Shown one piece after another: positions 9,617-18,847 of a stretch of 64,000 bases of DNA (the stretch's first letter is position 1; each line of letters begins with the position of its first letter). The position numbers and the translations under genes are program-made. Source of the stretch: Acidimicrobiia bacterium (lineage in GTDB: Bacteria > Actinomycetota > Acidimicrobiia > UBA2766); assembly GCA_020850945.1 (NCBI GenBank), contig JADZDR010000091.1, positions 35,565 to 99,564 of the forward strand. The letters run 5' to 3'. The notes under the pieces were generated by a model. The model was not told where the DNA came from and ran no database searches. It saw only the letters and a list, made by a program, of their open reading frames with translations.

Positions 9617-11299
9617 TCAACGCGTGAGGAGGAGGCAGCCTCCGACGGGACCGCCGCCCGCCCCGACCGCCATCACCTCCGGTGTGTCGATCTGCCGCCC
9701 TGTGGCCTCGCCCCGGAGCTGGAGGGCAGCCTCGTACAGGAGGCCGAAACCGTGGAGCCGGCCTGCCGAGAGCTGACCGCCGGACGTGTTGAGTGGAAAG
9801 GCGCCGGTGTGGGCGAGGCGGGACTCCCACTCACTCACGAACTCGCCGCCTTCCCCCTTCCCGCAGATCCCGAGGGCCTCGAGCCAGACGAGAGTGAGGA
9901 TGCTGAAGCCGTCGTAGAGCTGCGCGGCGTCGAGGTCGTCCGGACCCAGGTCGGTGCGAGACCACATCTGGGCAGTGGCGTCGGCAGCCACACAGGTCGT
10001 GAGGTCCGACCACTGGTCCCAGGAGGGCCGGCCCCGCAGCGCCGTCCCCGCCGCCTCGATGCGGACCGGTGGCTTGGCGAGATCCGCTCGGGTGCCCCGG
10101 TGCGACACGACGACCGCGGTCGAGCCGTCCACAGGCACGTCGCAGTCGTAGAGGCAGAGTGGGGTCGAGACCATGCGGACCTCCATGTACGCGTCGAGGT
10201 CCATGGGGTCGCGGTACACGGCCTTGGGATTGAGAGCGGCATTGCGGCGATCGTTGAGGGCGACGCCCGCGAGTTGCTCGCGCGTGAGACCGAACGTGTG
10301 CATGTAACGCGTGGCGTACATCGCAATCCAGTTCGCGGCCGAGTATGCGCCGTAGGGCATGAGCCAGCCGTACACACCGGGTGCCCGCGCCGCCCTTGCC
10401 ATGCCGCCTGTCGCGCCCGACTTCGCTCCGCCCTTACCTGCCGATGCCTCGGTGACGGTGCGGTAGCAGAGCACGTGTGTCGCGAGACCGGCCGAAACGG
10501 CGAGTGCGGCCGCGATGACGGCACCGAGCTGTCCCGCACCACCCGCACCCGAGTGGTGCCAGCCGAGTGACAGGCCGAGAGCATCCTGGACGTCGTAGAT
10601 GTCGGGTCCGCTGAAGCCGGGCCCGCCGATGCCTGCCCCCGGATAGGCGGAAATGCCGTCGATGTCGGACCGTTCGAGCCCTGCGTCGGCGACTGCGGCG
10701 AGGGCCGCCTCGATCGTGAGGTCGAGGTCGGTGCGCCCGATCCGCCGTCCCACCTCGGACTGGCCGAGGCCGGAGATCACGGCGCGCCGCTCGGCCGGTT
10801 CCGATGTCAGGCTGGACTTCGCACCGAAGGCGTGCCGGTCGGGGACGATCAGGTCGACCGCCGTAGCGGCCGGATCCGGGGGGCGGTCCGGATCCGGCTC
10901 GAAGAGGACGAGCCCGACGCGTTCGTCTGCCTCCTGCGGTTCGAAGACGGCCCGCACCGCCATGCCGATCTCGACCTCCCCCCTGTCCACCCCCACGAGC
11001 TCGGTCGTGAGCCTCACACCTTCCGCGCCGTCGAGCGCGACGATCGCGAGGACGTAGGGCGGTGGCTGTTGCGGGTTCCAGAGCTGCTCGTTCACCGTGA
11101 AGGAGTGCACGCGACCCGTCGGTTCCACCTCGACCGGAGACACGTCGCGAGACCCGCACTCGCGACAGACACCCGCGGGCGGGTGCAGCCATGTGCGGCA
11201 GGCCTCACAGCGCAGGATCTCGAGACGACCCGCCCGGGCCGCCTTCCAGAAGAAGGCGCTCTCCGGCGTGACGGCAGGCAGGATCCGGGTTCCCGACAT
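9617..11299 (-). CDS. fusion of a DUF35 (Zn-ribbon plus OB-fold) domain with a thiolase-like / lipid-transfer (Ltp/SCP-x type) domain
   Basis: The N-terminus has CEACRTWLHPPAGVCRECGS followed by an OB-fold-like stretch. The remaining 400 aa or so resemble non-acetoacetyl thiolase-like proteins (VISGLGQSEVGRR..., C-terminal GGG...CLLL). Confidence 0.8.
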   Translation of the reverse strand: MSGTRILPAVTPESAFFWKAARAGRLEILRCEACRTWLHPPAGVCRECGSRDVSPVEVEPTGRVHSFTVNEQLWNPQQPPPYVLAIVALDGAEGVRLTTELVGVDRGEVEIGMAVRAVFEPQEADERVGLVLFEPDPDRPPDPAATAVDLIVPDRHAFGAKSSLTSEPAERRAVISGLGQSEVGRRIGRTDLDLTIEAALAAVADAGLERSDIDGISAYPGAGIGGPGFSGPDIYDVQDALGLSLGWHHSGAGGAGQLGAVIAAALAVSAGLATHVLCYRTVTEASAGKGGAKSGATGGMARAARAPGVYGWLMPYGAYSAANWIAMYATRYMHTFGLTREQLAGVALNDRRNAALNPKAVYRDPMDLDAYMEVRMVSTPLCLYDCDVPVDGSTAVVVSHRGTRADLAKPPVRIEAAGTALRGRPSWDQWSDLTTCVAADATAQMWSRTDLGPDDLDAAQLYDGFSILTLVWLEALGICGKGEGGEFVSEWESRLAHTGAFPLNTSGGQLSAGRLHGFGLLYEAALQLRGEATGRQIDTPEVMAVGAGGGPVGGCLLLTR

Positions 11300-11348
11300 G
11301 CGACCTCCCGCCTCTGGGAATCCGCCCGGAGCGTATCGGAATCAGCCC

Positions 11349-11957
11349 TCAGTGAGGAACGGACACGAGGGCCGCGCGGGCGTACGCCCGTAGGCTCGGC
11401 TCGTCGTCGAGCTCGACGAGGACCGTGCGCGTGAGCGTGTGGGACATGACCATGCGCACGACCCAGTCCGCGAGGAGGTTCGCCCGCTCTGCGTCCACGC
11501 CCGCCTCGCACAGGTGGCGGGAGACGAGCCGGGCGCCGAGGGTGAGGACGGGCCGGCCGGCGGTGGTGAGGTCGGGCAGGAGTGAATCCGGCTCCCTCGT
11601 GAGCAGCGCGTTGAGGAGCTCGTGCTCGCGACACCACCTCACTCCCCACGCGAACGCGACCTCCACGACCTCTCCGTCATCGTGCACGTTCGCGAGGGCG
11701 TCGTTCATGCCGTCGACGAACCGCACGGTCTCACGCAGGACGAGCGCCCTCACGATCGCGTCGCGGTTGGGAAACTGCCGGTAGAGCCAGACGCGGGAGA
11801 TGCCGGTCTCGTCCGCGATCCGGCTCATCGTCGTCGCCTGCACGCCCTGTGCGCTGAAGAGATCCCACGCGGCGTCGAGGATGCGTTCCTGCATCGGCGA
11901 GAGCCCGCCCGCGTCGGCGGCTTCCGGGCGTGCTTCTCTGCTCGAGGATGCGGCCAT
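11349..11957 (-). CDS. TetR/AcrR family transcriptional regulator
   Basis: The helix-turn-helix region is ILDAAWDLFSAQGVQATTMSRIADETGISRVWLYRQFPNRDAIV. Confidence 0.9.
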   Translation of the reverse strand: MAASSSREARPEAADAGGLSPMQERILDAAWDLFSAQGVQATTMSRIADETGISRVWLYRQFPNRDAIVRALVLRETVRFVDGMNDALANVHDDGEVVEVAFAWGVRWCREHELLNALLTREPDSLLPDLTTAGRPVLTLGARLVSRHLCEAGVDAERANLLADWVVRMVMSHTLTRTVLVELDDEPSLRAYARAALVSVPH

Positions 11958-12064
11958 GGGACGATCGGTGTGCTCGGAGACTGCGACTGCAGTAGGTACC
12001 CACCCACTCAGGTCAGAACCCTACGCGAAGTGGTGAGTAACGCGTGAACCCGCCTGCGCGGGTG

Positions 12065-13318
12065 TCAGTTGCGGAGGATCTCGCTCCAGGGCTGGCCCTT
12101 GTCGACCTCGACGTCACGAGGGAGGCCGAGCACGCGCTCGGCGATCTGGTTGCGCAGGATCTCGGATGTACCGCCCTCGATCGTGCCCGCCCGGGCACGC
12201 AGGAACGAGTGCGCGCGGGCCTCCGCCGCGTTGTCCTCGGGGGCCCAGGCGACCGCACCCGGACCGCCGGCGGTGACGGCGAACTCCGTACGCCTCTGGT
12301 TGTACTCGGCGTTGAAGACCTTGTTCACCGAGCCCTCCGGTCCCGGCGCCGCCCCGGAGAGCCGCGCTGAGCTCGCCCGGAAGGCGGTGATCTCCTTGAC
12401 CTCCTGCTCGATGTAGAACTGGGCTACCTGTTGGCGCACGACGGGATCCGACGTGTGGGGGATGTCGGCGAGGAACGACTGCCACGGGTCCTTTCGCGCC
12501 CCGCCCATGATCGACGCTGGGTCGAGGGAGAGCCCGGCGAGCGTCGCCCGTTCGTTCATGAGGGTCGTGCGCGCCACGCGCCAGCCGTCACCGACGTCGC
12601 CCAGGCGCCTCTCGTCCGGGATGCGCACGTCGCTCAGGTAGACCTCGTTGAACTCGGCCGTGCCCGTGAGCTGTTTGAGCGGCCGCACCTCGACGCCGGG
12701 GGCATGCATGTCGCAGATGAAGTAGGTGAGACCCTCGTGCTTGGGCACCTCCGGGTCCGTACGGGCGACGAGCATGCCCCACTTCGCGAACTGGGCGATC
12801 GTCGTCCACACCTTCTGGCCGTTCACGACCCATTCGTCGCCGTCGCGCACCGCCCGCGTCGACAGAGACGCGAGATCGGATCCCGATCCCGGTTCACTGA
12901 AGAGCTGGCACCAGATCTCCCCCCCGGACAGGATCGGCTTCAGATACCGCTCCTTTTGCGCCTCGGTGCCGTGCTCGATGATCGTGGGACCGGCGAGGCC
13001 GACGCCGAGCAGGTTGATGCCGATGAGGGGCAGGCGGTAGTGGCGCAGTTCCTCCCGGATGACCTGCTGCATCCAGGTCTCACCGGAGAGACCCCCGTAC
13101 TCCCGCGGCCAGAGTGGCGCCGCGAACCCGGTGGCGCCGAGTGTCCCCGTCCACGCGAGCGGATTCCACTGCGCGGCCTCTCGTGCCGCCTCGAAGGCAT
13201 CCTCGTCTCCGGCGTCGATCGCAGCCATCCAACCGGCCGGTAGCACGGACCCGAGAAAGTCCCGGAACCCGGCCCGGAACTCGGCTCGCTCTTCGGTGTC
13301 CTCGACACGCCACTTCAT
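12065..13318 (-). CDS. acyl-CoA dehydrogenase family protein
   Basis: ACAD signatures are present (WCQLFSEPGSGSDLASL, the C-terminal GGTSEILRNQIAERVLGLP). The start is trimmed to ATG 13318, preceded by GGAAAGGGAG. Confidence 0.9.
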   Translation of the reverse strand: MKWRVEDTEERAEFRAGFRDFLGSVLPAGWMAAIDAGDEDAFEAAREAAQWNPLAWTGTLGATGFAAPLWPREYGGLSGETWMQQVIREELRHYRLPLIGINLLGVGLAGPTIIEHGTEAQKERYLKPILSGGEIWCQLFSEPGSGSDLASLSTRAVRDGDEWVVNGQKVWTTIAQFAKWGMLVARTDPEVPKHEGLTYFICDMHAPGVEVRPLKQLTGTAEFNEVYLSDVRIPDERRLGDVGDGWRVARTTLMNERATLAGLSLDPASIMGGARKDPWQSFLADIPHTSDPVVRQQVAQFYIEQEVKEITAFRASSARLSGAAPGPEGSVNKVFNAEYNQRRTEFAVTAGGPGAVAWAPEDNAAEARAHSFLRARAGTIEGGTSEILRNQIAERVLGLPRDVEVDKGQPWSEILRN

Positions 13319-13587
13319 CGTGACTCCCTTTCCTGATCGAAGTGTCAACAAGAAGGCTTGGCCGAGGATAGGGACTCACCCCGCCCGGGAGGAACTCGGC
13401 CCTGCCACGCAGAAGCCCGAAATGCCTGCACGGGAAGGCAACAGCACGGAAACCGACATAGAGTCGATCACATCGCCCCCGCCCGGACCACTGACCGTCC
13501 GACGCGGCGCCGACGTGTGAATCCCTGTTGGGTGGATGCCCTCGCTGCCCACCCGCGCGCAGGGACGCGAGACGGGTTCGAGACGAC

Positions 13588-14325
13588 ATGGTGTTCACGA
13601 CAACCGGCGACTTCTTCATCTACCTCGCCCTCGTCATCACCTCACTGCGCTTTTCTCGTCCCCGCGCCCTCGACATCCTCGACCAGACCCTCGGCGCCTT
13701 CCGTCTCGGCTGGCGGCCCGTGGTCGCTGTCATGTTCCCCTTCGGCATGGCGTTCGGCTTCAACTTCGACTCCCTCCTCGCGATCATCGGCGGCCGCTTC
13801 TTTGCAGGTGGGGCGATCGCCCCGTCCGTCATCCGCCGAGCGGGCCCGCTTGTGGTCGCGATGATCCTCACAGCCGTGGTGGGTGCAGCCGTCGCCGCCG
13901 ACCTCGGTGCCCGCAAGGTGCGCGACGAGATCGACGCCATGCGCGTGATGGGCGTCAATCCCTATCCACGCCTCGTGATCCCCCGCATCCTCGGGACGGC
14001 GATCGCCTCCCCCTTCCTCTACTTCATGGGTGTGGCCGCGGCGATCATCGGTGGCTTCATCCTCCTCGTCGTCGTGCGCAGCTCGAACGCGGGCTCGTTC
14101 ATCACAGGCATGAAGACTCTCGTCCAGGTGCGCGACGTCACCATCGCCGCCTCCAAGTCCGTCCTCTTCGGAACCATCACGGGCGCGATGGCCTGCTTCT
14201 TCGGTCTGCGGGCGACGGGTGGCCCCACTGGCGTGGCCTCACGCGTGCGCACCTCCATCATCGCCACCGTGAGCATCGTCTTCGTCGTCGACTACGCGAT
14301 CACGTCACTGGTGTACGTGCAATGA
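13588..14325 (+). CDS. yrbE: MlaE/YrbE-type ABC transporter permease (mce-associated), copy A
   Basis: It carries the conserved RKVRDEIDAMRVMGVNP motif and a multi-TM profile. The start is uncertain (13528 or 13588). Confidence 0.85.
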   Translation: MVFTTTGDFFIYLALVITSLRFSRPRALDILDQTLGAFRLGWRPVVAVMFPFGMAFGFNFDSLLAIIGGRFFAGGAIAPSVIRRAGPLVVAMILTAVVGAAVAADLGARKVRDEIDAMRVMGVNPYPRLVIPRILGTAIASPFLYFMGVAAAIIGGFILLVVVRSSNAGSFITGMKTLVQVRDVTIAASKSVLFGTITGAMACFFGLRATGGPTGVASRVRTSIIATVSIVFVVDYAITSLVYVQ

Positions 14326-14338
14326 CGGGACCATCCGC

Positions 14339-15139
14339 ATGACCGAGGCAGTGACCACGCCGCAGGGATTCGAATCCCCGCCCGGCCTCGTCGAGGCGAC
14401 GGGGCGGGTCGCACTCGACGCGGGTCGTGTCCTGCGCGACCCCGCCCTCGAGCATTGGCGCGTGACCGTGCAACTCGCTGCCAAGCTCGTACGGGAGGCG
14501 GGTCCGCTCGCCTGGTTCCTGTGCTTCTTCCAGGGCACCTTCGTGACGATCCAGGCGTCGGTCGTCCTCGGCGGCTTCGGGATCGACCGTGGCCTGTCGG
14601 GGATCATCGTGGCCTCCCTCAGCCTGCGCGAGCTCACCCTCATCACCGGTACCGCTGCCCTGGGCGCGTCGATCGGGGCGGGATTCGTGACGGAGCTCGG
14701 CGCGATGCGGGTCTCCGACGAGATCGACGCCCTCGACGTCATGGGACTGCGCTCCTACCCGTACCTCGTCTCGACGCGCGTCATCGCGTCCTCCATAGCA
14801 GCCATTCCCATCTTCGCCGGCGCCATCCTCAGCACTTTCATCGGTGGCGCCGCATCCGCCGCGTTCCAGGTGGGCGGCATGAGCCTGGGCAGCTACACCG
14901 CCTTCTTCAAGCTCGGCTACGCCCCCATAGATCTCGTGTACGTGCTCATCAAGGGGGTCGTCGCCACGGGGACGATCGCCATGGTCTGTTCGAGCACGGG
15001 ATACAGGGCCAAGGGCGGACCTGTGGGAGTGGGTATGGCCGTGGGTGAGGCGCTCAACCTCACACTCGTCCTCGTCATGTTCCTCAACCTCCTCATGTCG
15101 TATCTGTTCTGGGGCATCTCGGACACGGTGAAGCTATGA
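14339..15139 (+). CDS. yrbE: MlaE/YrbE-type ABC transporter permease (mce-associated), copy B
   Basis: The MRVSDEIDALDVMGL motif is paralogous to copy A. The stop overlaps the next start by 4 bp. Confidence 0.85.
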   Translation: MTEAVTTPQGFESPPGLVEATGRVALDAGRVLRDPALEHWRVTVQLAAKLVREAGPLAWFLCFFQGTFVTIQASVVLGGFGIDRGLSGIIVASLSLRELTLITGTAALGASIGAGFVTELGAMRVSDEIDALDVMGLRSYPYLVSTRVIASSIAAIPIFAGAILSTFIGGAASAAFQVGGMSLGSYTAFFKLGYAPIDLVYVLIKGVVATGTIAMVCSSTGYRAKGGPVGVGMAVGEALNLTLVLVMFLNLLMSYLFWGISDTVKL

Positions 15140-16098
15140 GCAACGCCTCGAAACGCACGCGTGTGCTCGTCGGCCTCGTGAGCCTCACCCTCCTCATCGG
15201 GGCTCTCCTTCTCGCCTTCCAGGGTTCCTCGATCCTCAACAGGGGCCAGAGCGTCCAAGCCGAGTTCGTGAGCGTCCTCAACGTCGTGCCCCAGTCCTCC
15301 GAAGTGCGCGTCGCGGGGATCGCCGTGGGCCGGGCGACGTCGGTCGAGACCGAGAACGGCATCGGTGTCGTCAGCATGTCCGTCGACTCGAACATCGAGC
15401 TCAAGGCCGACGCGTCCGCCCGCCTCCGCGTGAAGAGCTTCCTCGGCGAGAAGTACATCGACCTCGACCCGGGCACGGCCGACGCCCGTCTCGAGGGTCG
15501 CATCGAGCTCAGCCACACCATGACGTCGGCGGACCTCGGCGAGCTCGTCGGCGTGGCGGGCCGCTCTCTCGACATCCCCCCCGACGAGATCACGGCGACC
15601 CTGAAGCTCGGCAACGACACCCTCGACAACTACGGCGAGGACCTGAGCGTCGGCATCGCAGGCGCGCGCCGTGCCCTCGACTCGCTCGCGGCGGGACACG
15701 CCGAGATGTTCGCGTTCGCGCAACGAGCCGACGCGCTCCTCGCCACCCTCGTTGCCCAGGGGGGCACGATCGGACAGATCGCCGCCAACGCCGAGTCGAT
15801 GATCACCCAGGCACAGGACTTCGTGACGGGGAACAGGCCGGTCATCGAGTCCCTCCTCGCCGACCTCACGACTCTGCAGACGTCGTTGGAGCTCCGCTCG
15901 GGAGACCTTCGAAGAGCCCTCGAGGAGGCACCCACGCTGTTGCGGCTCACGCGCAAGCTCGTCAACCAGATCACGAACAACCTGCTCTGCGCAGGCAACC
16001 CGGCCCCAGTGGGGATCGACGGCCTCGGCCCGTACGCACAGACGGACCATCGCCCCCCCGAGAAGACCCCGGGTGAGCTCGGGAGCTGCGCGCCGTGA
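15136..16098 (+). CDS. MCE (MlaD-domain) family substrate-binding protein 1
   Basis: An N-terminal TM helix (VLVGLVSLTLLIGALLLAF) is followed by an MlaD beta-barrel region (VRVAGIAVGRATSVE) and a helical C-terminal region. Confidence 0.85.
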   Translation: MSNASKRTRVLVGLVSLTLLIGALLLAFQGSSILNRGQSVQAEFVSVLNVVPQSSEVRVAGIAVGRATSVETENGIGVVSMSVDSNIELKADASARLRVKSFLGEKYIDLDPGTADARLEGRIELSHTMTSADLGELVGVAGRSLDIPPDEITATLKLGNDTLDNYGEDLSVGIAGARRALDSLAAGHAEMFAFAQRADALLATLVAQGGTIGQIAANAESMITQAQDFVTGNRPVIESLLADLTTLQTSLELRSGDLRRALEEAPTLLRLTRKLVNQITNNLLCAGNPAPVGIDGLGPYAQTDHRPPEKTPGELGSCAP

Positions 16099-17066
16099 AG
16101 AAACGCAAGGCCCTCATCAACGTCCTCCTCATCTCCGGCTACCTCGTCGCCGGCATCGCGATCCTCGTCTATCTCATCGCGATGGCGTCGGGGGGTGGCA
16201 TCTTCGGCAGTCCGGGGCGGTCCTACCGTGCCGTCCTGACCAACGCACCCGGGCTGCAGGCGAACAAGTCCGACGTCCTCAACCCCGCCGGGGTCCGCAT
16301 CGGCGTCGTGACCGGCGTCGAGCTCGACGACGAGGAGGCCCTCGTCTCGGTCAAGGTCATCGACGGCGACATGCCGGTGAACTCGGACGCGACGATGGAA
16401 GTCGTGACGAAGACGATCCTGGGCGAGAAGGCAGTGGTCCTGAACCCGGGGGAGTCAGGAAAGGAGGCCAAGTCAGACGCGACCCTGCAGGAACCGGAGC
16501 ATCCCGCCCCCTCGGAGGCGGACGAAGCCCTGAACCCGCTCGCGGCCGCAGTCGACAAGATCGGCGGTATCGACGCCGCCGAACTGCTGCGCCAGCTCAG
16601 GACGGACCTCGTCCCCGTCCTCGGCCAGGTGGAAGGCATGTTCGCGGACATCGGAGCCGTGTCCGGAAGCTTCGCGGGACAGGGCGAATCGATGTCCCGC
16701 ATCGGCAGTCGGATCGAGGAGCTGATCATCACCGTGGCAGACCACGATGCCGACATCACGTCGATCGTGCAGTCGCTGTCGATCCTCACGGCTGAGCTCG
16801 GCGACATCGTCACGAACAACCTCAACCAGCTCAACGACCTGCTCGTACTCACGAGCCGCCTCTCGGGTGCCGTCGCCGGCCGCAACGCCGAGATCGAGCA
16901 GGCGCTCGCCGCCCTGCCCCGTGTCCTCCTCGATCTGCAGTACATCCTCGACACAGTCGTGCGCGCCTTCGACGGGGAGCGCGGCGTGTTCTTCAACGCC
17001 CGCATCAACAACGTCTGGTCGAAGGACTCCCTCCAACAGATGCTCGACTACCTGAAGGGTGCATGA
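16095..17066 (+). CDS. MCE (MlaD-domain) family substrate-binding protein 2
   Basis: It has an N-terminal TM helix and an MlaD-like region (VRIGVVTGVELDDEEALVSV), and overlaps its upstream neighbour by 4 bp. Confidence 0.85.
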   Translation: MKKRKALINVLLISGYLVAGIAILVYLIAMASGGGIFGSPGRSYRAVLTNAPGLQANKSDVLNPAGVRIGVVTGVELDDEEALVSVKVIDGDMPVNSDATMEVVTKTILGEKAVVLNPGESGKEAKSDATLQEPEHPAPSEADEALNPLAAAVDKIGGIDAAELLRQLRTDLVPVLGQVEGMFADIGAVSGSFAGQGESMSRIGSRIEELIITVADHDADITSIVQSLSILTAELGDIVTNNLNQLNDLLVLTSRLSGAVAGRNAEIEQALAALPRVLLDLQYILDTVVRAFDGERGVFFNARINNVWSKDSLQQMLDYLKGA

Positions 17067-18087
17067 CATGGGTAGCCGCGTGGTCATGCGCCGTGTCTTC
17101 GCCGTCGTCGGCGCGGCCCTCGCCCTCTTCGGGGCGTGGTGGCTGCTGACAGCGGCGACAGCCTCGCCCGGCACGACCGCGTACGTGGCCCGTTTCGAAC
17201 GCGTCGTCGGCCTCGTCCCCTTCTCCGAGGTGAGCCTGGCAGGGGCAAAGGTCGGGGAGGTGAAGGAGATCCTGATCACCGAGGACGGCATGCAGGCCGA
17301 CGTCGTGCTCGCCGTGGACGAGGATGTCGCGCTCATGAAGGACGCGTCGGCGGAGGTCAAGGTCAAGTCCCTCCTCGGAGAGCTCTACATCGACCTCGAC
17401 GCGGGGCGATCGGAGGTCCCGTTGCGCAAGTCGGCGTCGCAGAACGACGGCGGGCGACCCCGTATCACTCACACGAGCTCCGACCAGTCCCTGGACGAAC
17501 TGCTCTTCTCCGTGTCCGGCCTCCTCGGCGAGGTCTCGGACAGCAAGCAGGTCGCTTCCCTCGTGGAGGAGCTCACGACCGTGTTCCGGGGCCGGGGGGA
17601 GGACATGGAGGCGATCCTGGCCGACTCGCAGGTTCTCCTCGGCGCGCTCGCCGACAACTCTGCGACCCTGAGCCGCCTCGTCACCAACCTCGACATCCTG
17701 ACCGAGTCCCTCGACGGGCGCACGGATGCCCTCGGGGGTGTGCTCGCGACGGCGTCGGCCCGGCTCGTCGAGCTGCGTGGCTCCCTCGCCGGCAACGTCG
17801 CCGCCATGGAGAGCACCCTCGTGTCGCTCCGCGAGGCGCTCGCGTCGCTCGACTCGGCCCGGGTCGACCAGGCTCTGTCCGAGATCCCGCTCTGGCTCGA
17901 GAAGATCGACGGCGTCATCGGTCTCCTCGGTGATCTCGTGAACCGGGAACGCCCGATCGCGGCCTTCGTCGTGTCCCTTCCGGACATGAACTCGAACGTC
18001 CTCGCCCCGGTACGTCAGGCCAAGCACATCCCGTGGCTGCGCGACGCGCTCATCGCCATGCTCGAGGACGCGATCGCGCACATGTAG
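17059..18087 (+). CDS. MCE (MlaD-domain) family substrate-binding protein 3
   Basis: It has an N-terminal TM helix and an MlaD-like region (VSLAGAKVGEVKEILITEDG), and overlaps its upstream neighbour by 8 bp. Confidence 0.85.
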   Translation: MHDMGSRVVMRRVFAVVGAALALFGAWWLLTAATASPGTTAYVARFERVVGLVPFSEVSLAGAKVGEVKEILITEDGMQADVVLAVDEDVALMKDASAEVKVKSLLGELYIDLDAGRSEVPLRKSASQNDGGRPRITHTSSDQSLDELLFSVSGLLGEVSDSKQVASLVEELTTVFRGRGEDMEAILADSQVLLGALADNSATLSRLVTNLDILTESLDGRTDALGGVLATASARLVELRGSLAGNVAAMESTLVSLREALASLDSARVDQALSEIPLWLEKIDGVIGLLGDLVNRERPIAAFVVSLPDMNSNVLAPVRQAKHIPWLRDALIAMLEDAIAHM

Positions 18088-18102
18088 GTCCTCCCCACCA
18101 CG

Positions 18103-18152
18103 CAGTCTGGGTACCGCAGCGGCGATATATCGCCGCTGCGGTACCCAGACTG
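18103..18152. repeat. 50-bp perfect palindrome CAGTCTGGGTACCGCAGCGGCGATAT|ATATCGCCGCTGCGGTACCCAGACTG (copy 2 of 2)
   Basis: Read directly from the sequence. It starts 15 nt after the mce stop (18087) and ends 4 nt before the nucS ATG (18157). Confidence 0.95.
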
Positions 18153-18156
18153 TACG

Positions 18157-18825
18157 ATGCCGGGCGTGCGCCTCATCGTTGCCCGCTGCGAGGTCGTCTA
18201 CCAGGGTCGTCTCGGCGCACGGCTCGCGCCGGCCGTGCGCCTCGTCCTCCTCAAGGCTGACGGGAGCGTCGCCGTACACAGCGACAGCCGGGCATACAAG
18301 CCGCTCAACTGGATGTCGCCGCCGTGCACGATCGACGAATCGGCCGACGGCCTCCGCGTCACCAATCCGAAGGGGGAGACGCTCGAGATCGGCCTCCTCG
18401 AGGTCCTGGCCGACGTGAGCCACGACCTCGGCGACGACCCCGGCCTCGACAAGGACGGAGTCGAGGCGGACCTGCAGGAGCTCCTCGCCGAACGTCTCGA
18501 CGTGATAGAGACGGGTCTGTCCCTCGTGCGACGTGAGTACCCGACCGACATCGGCCCCGTGGACATCATGTGCCGTGACGGGGCGGGTGCGGCCGTGGCC
18601 GTGGAGGTGAAGCGCATCGGCGAGATCGCTGGTGTGGAGCAGCTCGCCCGCTACCTCGAACGTCTCGACCTCGACCCCATCCTCCGGCCGGTGCGCGGGA
18701 TCTTCGTCGCGACAGAGGTGAAACCGCAGGCGCGAGTCCTGGCCGAAGCGCGGGGAGTCGGCTGCGTCGAGGTCGACTTGTCCGAGCTGCGTGATCTCGA
18801 CGGCCGGGCCCTTCGCCTCTTCTAG
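18157..18825 (+). CDS. nucS: endonuclease NucS (EndoMS), mismatch-specific nuclease
   Basis: [19 protein letters not shown]...[20 protein letters not shown] and the C-terminal RecB-like GPVDIMCRD...VAVEVKR motifs are characteristic of NucS. Confidence 0.9.
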   Translation: MPGVRLIVARCEVVYQGRLGARLAPAVRLVLLKADGSVAVHSDSRAYKPLNWMSPPCTIDESADGLRVTNPKGETLEIGLLEVLADVSHDLGDDPGLDKDGVEADLQELLAERLDVIETGLSLVRREYPTDIGPVDIMCRDGAGAAVAVEVKRIGEIAGVEQLARYLERLDLDPILRPVRGIFVATEVKPQARVLAEARGVGCVEVDLSELRDLDGRALRLF

Positions 18826-18847
18826 ATCCCTTGCCCGGACCTCTTGC

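Noticed and set aside
11985-12035. Possible third copy of the GGTACC palindrome, or a TetR operator, in the TetR-ACAD intergenic region (GTAGGTACCCACCCACTCAGGTCAG...GTGGTGAGTAACGCGT)
   Set aside because: It shares only short words (GGTACCC, CTCAGGT) with the palindrome family, lacks the GCGGCGATATATCGCCGC core, and its internal inverted repeat is limited to about 5 bp. That is too weak to call.
13528-13587. Longer start for the first yrbE permease (MGGCPRCPPARRDARRVRDD...)
   Set aside because: The extension is Cys/Arg/Pro-rich and unlike permease N-termini, so ATG 13588 is preferred. This remains uncertain.
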